A stretch of 64,000 nt of DNA. Origin: Candidatus Latescibacterota bacterium. GTDB lineage: Bacteria; Latescibacterota; UBA2968. A program made the translations under genes and the position numbers. Below, one piece after another: positions 27,217 to 36,976 of the stretch (position 1 is its first letter; each line of letters starts with the position of its first letter). The notes under the pieces are model-generated. The model was not told the DNA's origin, ran no database searches, and saw nothing but the letters and a program-made list of their open reading frames with translations. The stretch lies in NCBI GenBank assembly GCA_965116885.1, contig OZ220741.1:3904001-3968000 (forward strand), in the 5' to 3' direction.

Positions 27217-28224
27217 TCACGAACTACGCGGCCGAAACCGGTTTATTGCATCGTCTGCCCGCGCGTGATTTGCATCAATCGTGCGCCCGGCATTGTGCGG
27301 TGTGTGAACCACATTGTGGCGGCCAAGCAGTGGAGAATCCAAACGCACCGGTTCAATGTCCCAGACGTCTGCGGCCAGGGCGAGTTCGTCATTGAGGACC
27401 CGTTGATACAATGTTTCGGTGTCGCAGATCGCTGCGCGTGTCACCAGAACGACGAGCGATTGATGCGGCAATGTGCGAATGGCCTCCGGGCCAACCAGCC
27501 CACGCGTATCGTCCTTCAGGGGGACTATCGGCGCAAAGATATCGGCGTCTTTCACGAGTTCTGAGAGATCGAAGCATCGCCTGACACCGGCGAGCGTAAA
27601 CGATGCCTCCGGTGCAAATGGATCCCAGACGGCTACATCTGCTCCCATGTTCGAACACCATGAAGCGTACCGTCCTCCAATATTACCAATGCCAACGACG
27701 CGTACTCGCTTCCCCGCAATGGTGCCGCTCACAAAGCGTGGGTCGTCGCCAAATTGGACACCCCTTTGTCCGGGTTTGCCAACGTCTGGTTTGTATTGCC
27801 AGGTCTCGTGGCTCTCCATCATTTCCACGTAGGTCTGCGGTATCCGTCGCAATGCACTTATTGTGAGCCCGAGTGCAAACTCGGCAACCGTTTGTCCCCA
27901 TTGAATGGTACCACGAGGGCGAATTATGTTCACCCCACGGGCGTGTGCGGCATCGAGGCCAGCGTTTGATTGGCCTGCTGCATCGTGGTAGAGTTCCTCA
28001 AGACCGGAAAATGGCTCGAGATCCTCAGTGTCAGCCGGAAGGCCAAGGAGGACGAGCCGATGTACCGATGAAGGATTCTCCACCATCTGTGGTGCTCGAG
28101 CCTCAGATGCCTCGGTGCGATAGAGTTCGCAGTCTCCTGATTCCTGCCAGCGGCGTTTCCAGTGGTCGGCCACAAAGGGCCAACTGGCGTCAAAGCGTTC
28201 GTGAACACAGATTACTGATCTCAT
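27217..28224 (-). CDS. D-isomer-specific 2-hydroxyacid dehydrogenase family protein
   Basis: TVAEF, VVGIGNIG, DP, TRA, DVWDIEP, TPHNAG. Confidence 0.88.
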   Translation of the reverse strand: MRSVICVHERFDASWPFVADHWKRRWQESGDCELYRTEASEARAPQMVENPSSVHRLVLLGLPADTEDLEPFSGLEELYHDAAGQSNAGLDAAHARGVNIIRPRGTIQWGQTVAEFALGLTISALRRIPQTYVEMMESHETWQYKPDVGKPGQRGVQFGDDPRFVSGTIAGKRVRVVGIGNIGGRYASWCSNMGADVAVWDPFAPEASFTLAGVRRCFDLSELVKDADIFAPIVPLKDDTRGLVGPEAIRTLPHQSLVVLVTRAAICDTETLYQRVLNDELALAADVWDIEPVRLDSPLLGRHNVVHTPHNAGRTIDANHARADDAINRFRPRSS

Positions 28225-28421
28225 TATCTTCTCCTTAAAAATTATCTGTCAGTGCGATATAGTGATAAGATGCAATTTAGTGCAGAAATATATGTAAATC
28301 AAGTTTGCAGAGACATTGCCGATTATTTGTTCTGAGCATTCTCCTTGACACGCCCTCTCGAAGATCGTAGATAAGACCGATAGATCGAATGTCGGCAAAA
28401 GCCCATACGACAGGAGGAATT

Positions 28422-29807
28422 ATGGCACCTAATATTGTTTTGTTTCTTACGGATCAGTTGAGACGCGATGCGTTGGGGTGTTATGGCAATGAGATTTGTC
28501 AGACGCCCAATCTGGATCGACTCGCAGAGGAGGGTGTGCGATTTGATCAGGCATATACCACAAGTCCCGTTTGTTCACCTGCACGCGCTTCTTTGATGAG
28601 CGGTCTTTATCCTCACAATCACGGGGTGATGCTCAATACGCATATTGCGCCTGCGTGGAATAGGGGATTGTCAACAGATGTGCCGACGTTTAGCCGTTTG
28701 CTCAAAGAGGCGGGGTATGTGCTGGACTATGCGGGTAAGTGGCATGTCCATCAGGATATGGGACCTGAGGAATATGGCTTTGATCGGCATGAGATGGGGA
28801 GGGGAGGGCGTGGGCAAATAGTCCCTGGTACAGAATTGACGGTTGAGTTTCCCGGAAGTTCTTTTCCCGTGGCGGGTACAGGTGAGATGTCGCCAGAAGA
28901 GTACAAAACGTGGCAGGTAACGGATTGTGGAATCGAGATGTTGCGCGAACGGGCAGGAGGAGACAAGCCGTTTTTTTTGCGAATTGATGCAACAGCACCT
29001 CATTTTGCCAATATTGTGCCGGAGCCTTATGCATCGATGTACGACCCTGTATCCATTCCGCCCTGGCCAAATTTTGACGAGTCCTTTGAGGGCAAACCCG
29101 CGGCTCATTTGCGCAAACATCGAGAATGGAATCTTCAAGATAAAGATTGGGCGTGGTGGCGACAGGTGGTTGCCAAATATTACGGCGATGTGTCTCTGAT
29201 TGATACATGCGTGGGGCGCATGCTGGATGCGATACGGGAATGTGGGATTGAGGATAATACGATATTTCTTTTCAGTACAGATCACGGTGATGCCACGGGC
29301 AGTCACAAGCATTTTGAAAAATCCGGTACAATGTACGATGAAGTGTTTCGGATTCCATTGCTGATGAAAGTGCCAGGGGGCGTGAGTCGCAATGTGTCGC
29401 AATTTGTTCGGCTGATGGATTTGATGCCTACATTTGTCGAATGGGGGGGTGGAAAATTGCCCGAGGGATTGGATGCGAGGAGTTTGGTACCGCTTGTAAA
29501 TGGCGATGATCCCGACGATTGGGCAGATAGTGTGTATTGCGAAAGCCACGGTGAAGTGTGGGGCTATAGCTCGCAGCGAATGGTGCGGACAGAGAAATGG
29601 AAATACGTATATACACCTCACGACCTGGATGAATTATACGATCTCGAATCCGATCCCGCGGAGATGAAGAATCGGATTGATGACCCGATGTGCGCCGATG
29701 TGTTAGAGAATATGAAAGGTCGTTTGTTGGGATGGAATGACGCGACCAATGATATGTTTCAGTGGCATTGGGTGAGATTCAATTTTCCCGAGCCGATCGC
29801 GCCGTAA
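28422..29807 (+). CDS. Sulfatase
   Basis: TDQLR, CSPARASLMSG, GKWH, TDHG; RBS AGGAGG. Confidence 0.92.
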   Translation: MAPNIVLFLTDQLRRDALGCYGNEICQTPNLDRLAEEGVRFDQAYTTSPVCSPARASLMSGLYPHNHGVMLNTHIAPAWNRGLSTDVPTFSRLLKEAGYVLDYAGKWHVHQDMGPEEYGFDRHEMGRGGRGQIVPGTELTVEFPGSSFPVAGTGEMSPEEYKTWQVTDCGIEMLRERAGGDKPFFLRIDATAPHFANIVPEPYASMYDPVSIPPWPNFDESFEGKPAAHLRKHREWNLQDKDWAWWRQVVAKYYGDVSLIDTCVGRMLDAIRECGIEDNTIFLFSTDHGDATGSHKHFEKSGTMYDEVFRIPLLMKVPGGVSRNVSQFVRLMDLMPTFVEWGGGKLPEGLDARSLVPLVNGDDPDDWADSVYCESHGEVWGYSSQRMVRTEKWKYVYTPHDLDELYDLESDPAEMKNRIDDPMCADVLENMKGRLLGWNDATNDMFQWHWVRFNFPEPIAP

Positions 29808-29830
29808 ATAATGGAAAACAAGGGTAAGAC

Positions 29831-30760
29831 ATGGAATATCGAGAGTTGGGAAAAACGGGTTTAAAAGTCTCTGTGCTGAGTTATGGGGCATCTGGTTTGG
29901 GTAGTATTTATGGAACGCCCGATGAAGCTCGGGGAATCAAAGCTGTACACACAGCAATTGACTGTGGGATCAATTTGATTGATACCTCGCCGCTTTACGG
30001 TGGGACAAAATCGGAGCGCGCGCTGGGGAAGGCTTTGAAGGAGATCCCTCGAGACAAATATTACCTGGCAACCAAAGTTGGGCGTTATGCCGGTGGGGTG
30101 TCCGATTTTTCAGCCGGACGAATTGTGGAAAGTATGGATGAAAGTCTTATGCGGCTGGGGTTGGATTATGTGGATATTTTCCAGTGTCACGATATCGATT
30201 TTGTCTCGCTGGATCAGATCATAGAAGAGGCACTTCCCACTTTGAGGCGGTTGCAAGAGCAGGGTAAGACCAGGTTTGTGGGCATCACTGGATTTCCGTT
30301 AAAAGTCTATCGACATGTGCTCGATCGGACGGATGTGGATACGGTGCTGTCGTTTTGCCACTATATGCTACATGACACGTCCTTTGAAATGTTGGTGCCT
30401 TATTTAAGGAAAAAGGGCGTGGGCATGATCAATGCTTCACCTTTGGGGATGGGGCTGTTCACTGAACGCGGACCAGCGCCAGGGCATCCTGCCACCGAAA
30501 AGATCAAGCGGGTTTGTGCAAAAGCTGTGGCGTTTTGCAAGCAGAAAGGCGAGAACATTTCTAAGCTGGCTATGCAATTTGGATTGGCCAGCCCAGATTT
30601 TGCAACGACGCTGGTCGGTACAACACGGCCTGAACATTTGAAAGAGAATATCGAGTGGTTAGAATCGCCGATTGATGAAGCATTACTTGCTGAGGTACTT
30701 GAGATCCTGAAGCCGATACGAAATACAACATGGACGCGTGGACTACCCGAGAACAATTGA
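29831..30760 (+). CDS. Aldo/keto reductase (L-galactose dehydrogenase-like)
   Basis: YRELGKTGL, DTSPLYG, ATKVGRY, CHD. Confidence 0.88.
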   Translation: MEYRELGKTGLKVSVLSYGASGLGSIYGTPDEARGIKAVHTAIDCGINLIDTSPLYGGTKSERALGKALKEIPRDKYYLATKVGRYAGGVSDFSAGRIVESMDESLMRLGLDYVDIFQCHDIDFVSLDQIIEEALPTLRRLQEQGKTRFVGITGFPLKVYRHVLDRTDVDTVLSFCHYMLHDTSFEMLVPYLRKKGVGMINASPLGMGLFTERGPAPGHPATEKIKRVCAKAVAFCKQKGENISKLAMQFGLASPDFATTLVGTTRPEHLKENIEWLESPIDEALLAEVLEILKPIRNTTWTRGLPENN

Positions 30761-30800
30761 AATATAAGCGCTGAGCGGGCGCAATATGAATTTCTGGGCA

Positions 30801-30838
30801 TTGACATTCAGTGCCATTTTTATAATAATATTGTTATA
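30801..30838 (+). promoter_or_regulatory. Sigma70-like promoter with palindromic operator
   Basis: TTGACA 30801; AATAAT at 17-nt spacing; near-palindrome TATAATAATATTGTTATA at 30821-30838. Confidence 0.5.
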
Positions 30839-30898
30839 TTGACCTGAACCGTTAAGAGGCAAATCCTGATCAGCATTTGTTTGAAGGAGACGTGACCA

Positions 30899-31219
30899 AT
30901 GGCTAAGACTCGAGATGCAAATCGAATCCTGGATGAGGTGACAGGGGATGATGAAGAATTGCGGCAAATGATTGCTGAGGAGACTGTCAATGCAGAAGTT
31001 GCTCGCTTGATCTATAAAGTTAGAAAGACGGCAGGCTTGACACAGGCTGAATTGGCGGAATTAATTGGATCAAAACAGCCAGTTATTGCACGTCTTGAAG
31101 ATGCGGATTACGAAGGGCATTCACTTACGATGCTTCAGCGAATCGCGATCGCGTTGAACCAAAGACTTGAGATTAATTTTGTGCCAGCGAAAGGCCAGCA
31201 GGAGAATGTTTTAATATAA
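30899..31219 (+). CDS. XRE-family HTH protein, HigA-like antitoxin
   Basis: GLTQAELAELIGSKQPVIARLEDADYEGHSLTML; AAGGAG RBS. Confidence 0.85.
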   Translation: MAKTRDANRILDEVTGDDEELRQMIAEETVNAEVARLIYKVRKTAGLTQAELAELIGSKQPVIARLEDADYEGHSLTMLQRIAIALNQRLEINFVPAKGQQENVLI

Positions 31220-31249
31220 AAGACGTTCCAGCAAGTGATTCTTGTTGAT

Positions 31250-32347
31250 CTATACTGCGTATTGCTTCACGGCCTCGGGGTCCAGTTCCAGGCCCAGACC
31301 GGGTTTGTCGGGGTTGGGCGACCAGACGCCATTGACCGGCTCGGAAAATTCTGTGTAGGTTATCCGGTCGGATTCTTCTATCGTGCCGAGGTATTCCACA
31401 ATTCGTAGATTCGGAGTCGCGCAAGATAGATGCAGGTGGATGAGCTGGTAGGCGTGGGGCGCAACGGGCAGGTTGAAGGCGTGGGCCAAATGCGCTACTT
31501 TCATCCATTCGGTGATGCCGCCGACCCGGCCCACATCGGGTTGGACGATATCCGCGCCGCCCCGGGCGATGAGGTCTTTAAAGCCGTATTTGGTGTACTC
31601 GTGTTCGCCCGTTGCGATGGGAATTGTGGTGGCACGGGCAATGGCGGCCAGGCCTTCGATGTCATCAGCCAGCACGGGTTCTTCAAACCAGCCGATGTTG
31701 TATTCCTCAAACGCCTGAGCCATGCGAATGGCTTGTTTGGCGTAGTATCCATTATTTGCGTCAATGAGAATCTCCACGTCATCGCCCAGTGCTTTCCGCA
31801 CCGCAGATAGTCGCGCCACATCTTCAGCTTCACTTTGGCCAAAATCTTTGCCGACCTTCATTTTGACGGACTTCATGCCGCGTTCTACATAGCTGGCCTG
31901 TTCGGCAATTAATTCATCTACGCTGAAGTGGGTCCAACCGCCACTACCGTAAACCGGGACGGTGTCCGTATAAGGACCGAGCAGTTTGTAGAGGGGGGTT
32001 TGATAATATTTGGCTTTCAGGTCCCACAGGGCAATATCGACTGCTGAAAGGGCACAAAAGGCCAGGCCCTTGCGCCCCACACCGCGTATGCGCCAGAACA
32101 TGTCGTCCCACAATTGTTCGATGTTGAGTGGGTCCTGACCCATCAAAATGGGTTTGAGCGACCCTTCGATAATCTCACGGGCGGCTCGCGCGCCTCCTCC
32201 TGTGCCCAACCCTTCCAAGCCTTCATCGGTGACGATGTGGACAAAGCACTGTGTTTTGCCCTGTTCAAGGTGGCGAATGGTGGCGTCCTGGATGCCTGTC
32301 AGATGAGGCATCGACAGGACGGTTGTTTTTACATCTGTAATTTGCAC
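31250..32347 (-). CDS. Mandelate racemase/muconate lactonizing enzyme family protein
   Basis: DIALWDL, KMKVG, IDAN, WFEEP, TGE, QPD, PH. Confidence 0.92.
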   Translation of the reverse strand: MQITDVKTTVLSMPHLTGIQDATIRHLEQGKTQCFVHIVTDEGLEGLGTGGGARAAREIIEGSLKPILMGQDPLNIEQLWDDMFWRIRGVGRKGLAFCALSAVDIALWDLKAKYYQTPLYKLLGPYTDTVPVYGSGGWTHFSVDELIAEQASYVERGMKSVKMKVGKDFGQSEAEDVARLSAVRKALGDDVEILIDANNGYYAKQAIRMAQAFEEYNIGWFEEPVLADDIEGLAAIARATTIPIATGEHEYTKYGFKDLIARGGADIVQPDVGRVGGITEWMKVAHLAHAFNLPVAPHAYQLIHLHLSCATPNLRIVEYLGTIEESDRITYTEFSEPVNGVWSPNPDKPGLGLELDPEAVKQYAV

Positions 32348-32504
32348 GGTGATGTTCTCCTGGGGGTGTTATAATATTGGGCGCATGTTTTTTTTGATGC
32401 TTTGAAAAGGCTACGTAGCGATATAAATTACGACTACATCATTTAAAAGTCTATCGAGATATGTCGGGCATATACACGCCCCTTAATACATTGGAAGGTA
32501 TGAC

Positions 32505-34550
32505 ATGAAGAAAATTGGTTTATGGATCATGAGTTTATTGACAGTGTCTGTGCTGTATTCAAATGTAGAAGCACAGGGCACATACCCATCTCAGCCTATG
32601 CTCGATGCGCGGGTTGTAGATATTTTGCATTTAGATGGTTTGCTGTTTAAAGACTTGAATAAAAATGGCAGAGTTGATGTGTACGAAGATTGGCGTCAGC
32701 CCGTTGACCAGCGTGTGGCGAATCTGCTTTCGCACATGACCCTAAAAGAAAAGGCTGGCATGTTGCTTATCAATACGTTAAACGCCGAGGCTGGTGGTCG
32801 GCTTTCTGATCGCGCTGTGCAATTTGTTGAGACGGAAAGGATGACCCGCTTTATCTTTCGCAATACCGTGACGGCAACTCCTTCTCAACCGACGGAGAGC
32901 CGTTGGCGTGGGACCCAAATTACCCCTTATGAAGCAGCGCAGTTTATGAATGCGATGCAGGAACTTGCAGAGTCGGCCCGTCTGGGTATTCCCGCTCTGT
33001 TCAAATCCAATGCCAGAAATCACTACGAACACGATGCAAGAGCTGGTATCAGTGTGTCGGCGGGGTCTTTTTCTGAGTGGCCAAAAGAAGCAGGGCTGGC
33101 AGCAACGCGAGATATGGATCTGATTGCGGAGTTTGCCCAGATCATGGCAAGGGAGTGGACGTCAATTGGTCTGCGGGCAATGTATGGGTATATGGCGGAT
33201 CTCGCTACGGAACCCCGCTGGTATCGTATTCACGAGACGTTTACAGAAGATGCTGATCTGGCCGCTGAGATTATGACTGTGCTGGTGAAGAACCTGCAGG
33301 GTGAGAGCTTAAATTCAAAAAGTGTTGCGCTGACAATGAAGCACTTTCCCGGTGGTGGTCCCCAGGAAGGCGGTGGAGATCCGCACTACGATTTTGGTAA
33401 GAATCAAGTGTACCCTGCAAAAAAATTCGATTATCACTGGAAACCGTTTAAGGCCGCTATAGATGCAGGGGTGTCGTCAATTATGCCTTATTATGGCGTT
33501 CCAATCGGTCAGCAGTATTTGCCCAATGATGTGGGAATGGCTTTCTCGAAGGGAATTTTGACCGAGTTGCTGCGAAATAACCTTGGGTTTAAGGGGTATG
33601 TCAATTCTGATACAGGCATTATTGGTGATCGCGCATGGGGGTTGGAAGACAAGAGTGTTGATGAGCAGATTGTCATAGCCATAGAGGCGGGAACCGATGT
33701 TCTGTCTGGGTTTAATAACAATAAACAGATTTTGAATCTGGTGACTGGCGGAAAGCTTTCAGAAGAGCGCGTTGATCTATCTGTTCGAAGACTTTTAAAA
33801 GAGCAGTTTGAACTGGGACTTTTTGAGAACCCCTACGTGAATCCAGATCGTGCAGCCTATCTGGTCGGCAATCGGTCATTTCAGAAGAAGGCGGAGATTG
33901 CACAGCGCAAATCCATTGTTTTATTGCAACAGAAAGCGGGTGTGTTGCCCCTGGTGGCTCAGAGTGAGGCCGATTCGATTCAAATTTATACGATGGGTAT
34001 GAACCCGGAAGTGGTGGAGGACACTCAGTGGTCGGGTTATACTGTAGTGGCGGGAGATTATGATCCCGACAAGAATGAGATGCGTCCTGCTGTGCCAAAA
34101 GGTACAGACTATGCGATTTTGCGAGTTGTTGTCTCTAATCCGCGTTCACGGGATAGACGTTTTGGCGGGGCCAGTCCAGATGAACTGGATTTGCTGGCGT
34201 TTTCTGATATGGCAAAGGCCAAATCCTGGTCTATTTCACCTTCTCTCACGGATATTCAGGGTGTTATGAAGGAAGTGGGAGCCGACAAGACTATTCTCGC
34301 CATTCGATTTCGGCAACCCTATGTACTGGATCAGCAAAGCGGATTGAGAAAGGCTGGCGCGATTCTGGCGACTTTTGGCGTGAGCGATGCAGCCATTTTA
34401 GATATTCTGACTGGAAAATTCAAGCCTTCGGGGAAACTTCCTTTTGCTCTGGCTAAAAATGCAAAGGCGGTTGCGAAACAGGATCCAGACGCACCGGGAT
34501 ACGACAAAGCAGACACGCTGTTTCCGTTTGGTCATGGTTTGAGCTATTAG
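32505..34550 (+). CDS. Secreted glycoside hydrolase family 3 (beta-glucosidase-like)
   Basis: Signal peptide; EPRWYR, KHFPG, MPYY, NSDTG, GKLPF, FPFGHGLSY. Confidence 0.9.
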   Translation: MKKIGLWIMSLLTVSVLYSNVEAQGTYPSQPMLDARVVDILHLDGLLFKDLNKNGRVDVYEDWRQPVDQRVANLLSHMTLKEKAGMLLINTLNAEAGGRLSDRAVQFVETERMTRFIFRNTVTATPSQPTESRWRGTQITPYEAAQFMNAMQELAESARLGIPALFKSNARNHYEHDARAGISVSAGSFSEWPKEAGLAATRDMDLIAEFAQIMAREWTSIGLRAMYGYMADLATEPRWYRIHETFTEDADLAAEIMTVLVKNLQGESLNSKSVALTMKHFPGGGPQEGGGDPHYDFGKNQVYPAKKFDYHWKPFKAAIDAGVSSIMPYYGVPIGQQYLPNDVGMAFSKGILTELLRNNLGFKGYVNSDTGIIGDRAWGLEDKSVDEQIVIAIEAGTDVLSGFNNNKQILNLVTGGKLSEERVDLSVRRLLKEQFELGLFENPYVNPDRAAYLVGNRSFQKKAEIAQRKSIVLLQQKAGVLPLVAQSEADSIQIYTMGMNPEVVEDTQWSGYTVVAGDYDPDKNEMRPAVPKGTDYAILRVVVSNPRSRDRRFGGASPDELDLLAFSDMAKAKSWSISPSLTDIQGVMKEVGADKTILAIRFRQPYVLDQQSGLRKAGAILATFGVSDAAILDILTGKFKPSGKLPFALAKNAKAVAKQDPDAPGYDKADTLFPFGHGLSY

Positions 34551-34591
34551 ATTAACATATCGAATTCTTATTAGCTGGAGGATAAAATAGT

Positions 34592-35392
34592 ATGAATGAA
34601 AAAACGAATCTACATTGGTCTTTCAATCACGATAGAGTAGAGCAGGGGCAGTCTCCAGATTTCGCGCAGCAGTTTCATTCCCTGGTAAAGGGGACGTTGG
34701 AAGCGATAGCCTCCGGAGATCACGGAGGCGAAGTCACCCGCTATACGATTCTCCCCAATTTCAGGCGCGGCTATAAAGGCCCGGCAGACGGCGATGACCT
34801 GTCCGTGGGCGAGGTGGTGATCCGCCAGACGGTCGAGGATGAGAATCGTCTGAACTATTCTGTTGTGTACAGAAACGCCGCGAGCGGAGAACTGATGGAT
34901 ATGCAATTTACATCCGATAGGGATGCATTTCGCACGTTGACCGGTACATGGTCTGTGCACGTAGAGAACTGCGCTGGAGACGGTTACAAGGAATTTTCCT
35001 GTGATGGGCGTCTGGAAGAGAACGGCTCTGTTTTCCTTACGACTAATGGACTGGATTTGCAGGCGGGTTCAGCTGATCTATCCGTACCGCTAACCTGCAA
35101 CTGGACGCTGTTCGACGTGATTCCCGCGCTTGCAGACGGCTTGCGAGAATCTGGTGAGGCACAGAGGCTGACGATCCTGGAGGATCTTGAAAAAGTCCGA
35201 AACAATGGGCAAGTTCGTTTTCTCGAGTCGTATGATTTGCAGTTGGACAGCGATTCGGTTGCACTTGATGGATACGCCCTCATTGCAGAAGGGATGACGC
35301 CTTCTTATTGGTGGCTGGATGCGCGTGGTAGGGTGCTTATCGCAACCACTTTGTATCAAACCCTGATTCTTACAGGAGGCGAAAATGCCTGA
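34592..35392 (+). CDS. Hypothetical protein
   Basis: GGAGG RBS; overlaps the next sulfatase gene; no motif recognised. Confidence 0.7.
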   Translation: MNEKTNLHWSFNHDRVEQGQSPDFAQQFHSLVKGTLEAIASGDHGGEVTRYTILPNFRRGYKGPADGDDLSVGEVVIRQTVEDENRLNYSVVYRNAASGELMDMQFTSDRDAFRTLTGTWSVHVENCAGDGYKEFSCDGRLEENGSVFLTTNGLDLQAGSADLSVPLTCNWTLFDVIPALADGLRESGEAQRLTILEDLEKVRNNGQVRFLESYDLQLDSDSVALDGYALIAEGMTPSYWWLDARGRVLIATTLYQTLILTGGENA

Positions 35393-36839
35393 TCGGCCGA
35401 ATATTCTGTTTATCAACACGGATCAGCACACATGGGATGTGGTGTCGGCTTATGGCTACCCTTATGTGAAGACGCCAAATATTGATCGGATCGTGCGCAA
35501 CGGTGTTTCTTTTATGAGATCGTACTCTACTGATCCCGTCTGCGGACCGACAAGAGCCAGTTGGATGACCGGGCGGTACACTTCAGAATTGGGAACGCCG
35601 TTTAACGGGGGTCATTTGCACGAGGATATCCCGGATCTGGGTCAGGTTCTCAACAGCAATGGCTACCAGGCGTTTCATTCGGGCAAATGGCATGTCGATG
35701 GACGCGATGTCCGGAATTCGTTTCAACTTCTTTATATTGGGAACCGTCCAATTGGGGCTGGCGGGGGCGAGTACTACGACGGGGCAATTACGCATGCCGC
35801 GATCGATTTCTTGAGTCGATACGATGGTTCGGACCCCTTCTTCCTGCAGGTGCCTTATGTAAATCCGCACGACATTTGTCAATGCGAGCACGATCACGAA
35901 GAGAAGACCATCCCGGACCCCATTGAGCAGGGAATATTGAGTGAAGAGGACCTGCCGCCACTGCCGTTGAATTTCCATTACGACGAACGCGAGACAGTGG
36001 TCCACAAGGTGGCACGCAGGATGGACGAGTGCCTGATTCACTGGCCGATTCTGCGAAAAGTGCGCCATTGGTCCGAGATCCAGTGGCGATACCTGATGTG
36101 GCAGCACCACCGCCTGGTCGAGAAAGTAGATAGCGAAATCGGGTTGCTTCTCGAGGCACTGGACAAAAGTCGATTCCGCGATAACACGTTGATCATGTTT
36201 ACCATGGATCACGGGGAGGCGTATGGGCAGCACCAGATGTTTCAGAAGTTTTCGCTCTATGAAGCGAGTGTGCGCGTCCCGTTCATTGTCGCTTCTCTGG
36301 GCGACGATCTGGATGTGCCCAAGGATCTTAGGGACGAGACCCATTTTGTTTCGGGTGTGGATCTGTTTCCCACTGTGTGTGATTATGCAGGCATTGATAT
36401 AGTAGATGGCGTGCAGGGCCTGAGCCTGAAGCCGCTGGTGGAAGGTCAGAACCCCGCGTGGCGGGAGTTTGCGTACATCGAGAGCAACGGCTGGGCGCGA
36501 TCGCTTGTGTTTGATCGCTATAAGTATGTCGGCGAGTATATCCCCTTTGGGACGGAGCAAGACCTGGATCCTATCGGACCAGATCCGGACCGCATTGGGC
36601 TGGAACAGATATTTGATCTGGTCGAAGATCCCGACGAGACACACAATTTGGCATATCAGCCGGAAATGCGGGACATGCTCAAAAGATTCCGGCAATTGAT
36701 GATAAATTTTGAGGGGCAACTGAATCGGCGAAGGATGACGGCCAAACGGCCTGCTGCGCAATTGCTCAATTGGGGAAAGCAAATTCGGGGATATTGGGAT
36801 GCACATCCCGAGTTGGAGGAAATGCGGATACGGCTGTGA
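35385..36839 (+). CDS. Sulfatase
   Basis: TDQH, CGPTRASWMTG, GKWH, NPHD, DHGE. Confidence 0.92.
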   Translation: MPDRPNILFINTDQHTWDVVSAYGYPYVKTPNIDRIVRNGVSFMRSYSTDPVCGPTRASWMTGRYTSELGTPFNGGHLHEDIPDLGQVLNSNGYQAFHSGKWHVDGRDVRNSFQLLYIGNRPIGAGGGEYYDGAITHAAIDFLSRYDGSDPFFLQVPYVNPHDICQCEHDHEEKTIPDPIEQGILSEEDLPPLPLNFHYDERETVVHKVARRMDECLIHWPILRKVRHWSEIQWRYLMWQHHRLVEKVDSEIGLLLEALDKSRFRDNTLIMFTMDHGEAYGQHQMFQKFSLYEASVRVPFIVASLGDDLDVPKDLRDETHFVSGVDLFPTVCDYAGIDIVDGVQGLSLKPLVEGQNPAWREFAYIESNGWARSLVFDRYKYVGEYIPFGTEQDLDPIGPDPDRIGLEQIFDLVEDPDETHNLAYQPEMRDMLKRFRQLMINFEGQLNRRRMTAKRPAAQLLNWGKQIRGYWDAHPELEEMRIRL

Positions 36840-36840
36840 T

Positions 36841-36870
36841 CCGCAGATAGACGCAGATAGACGCAGATGG
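36841..36870 (+). repeat. 10-bp tandem repeat, 3 copies (ACGCAGATAG)
   Basis: CCGCAGATAG ACGCAGATAG ACGCAGATGG. Confidence 0.85.
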
Positions 36871-36976
36871 GGAGGCGTGTCCGTATCCGGGATCGATTCA
36901 CAAATAAAGTGCGATTCCAAAAGGAGCAATCCCCATATTTTGCACAACCACAGATGCAAAAAGAAAGGTTTAGCAG

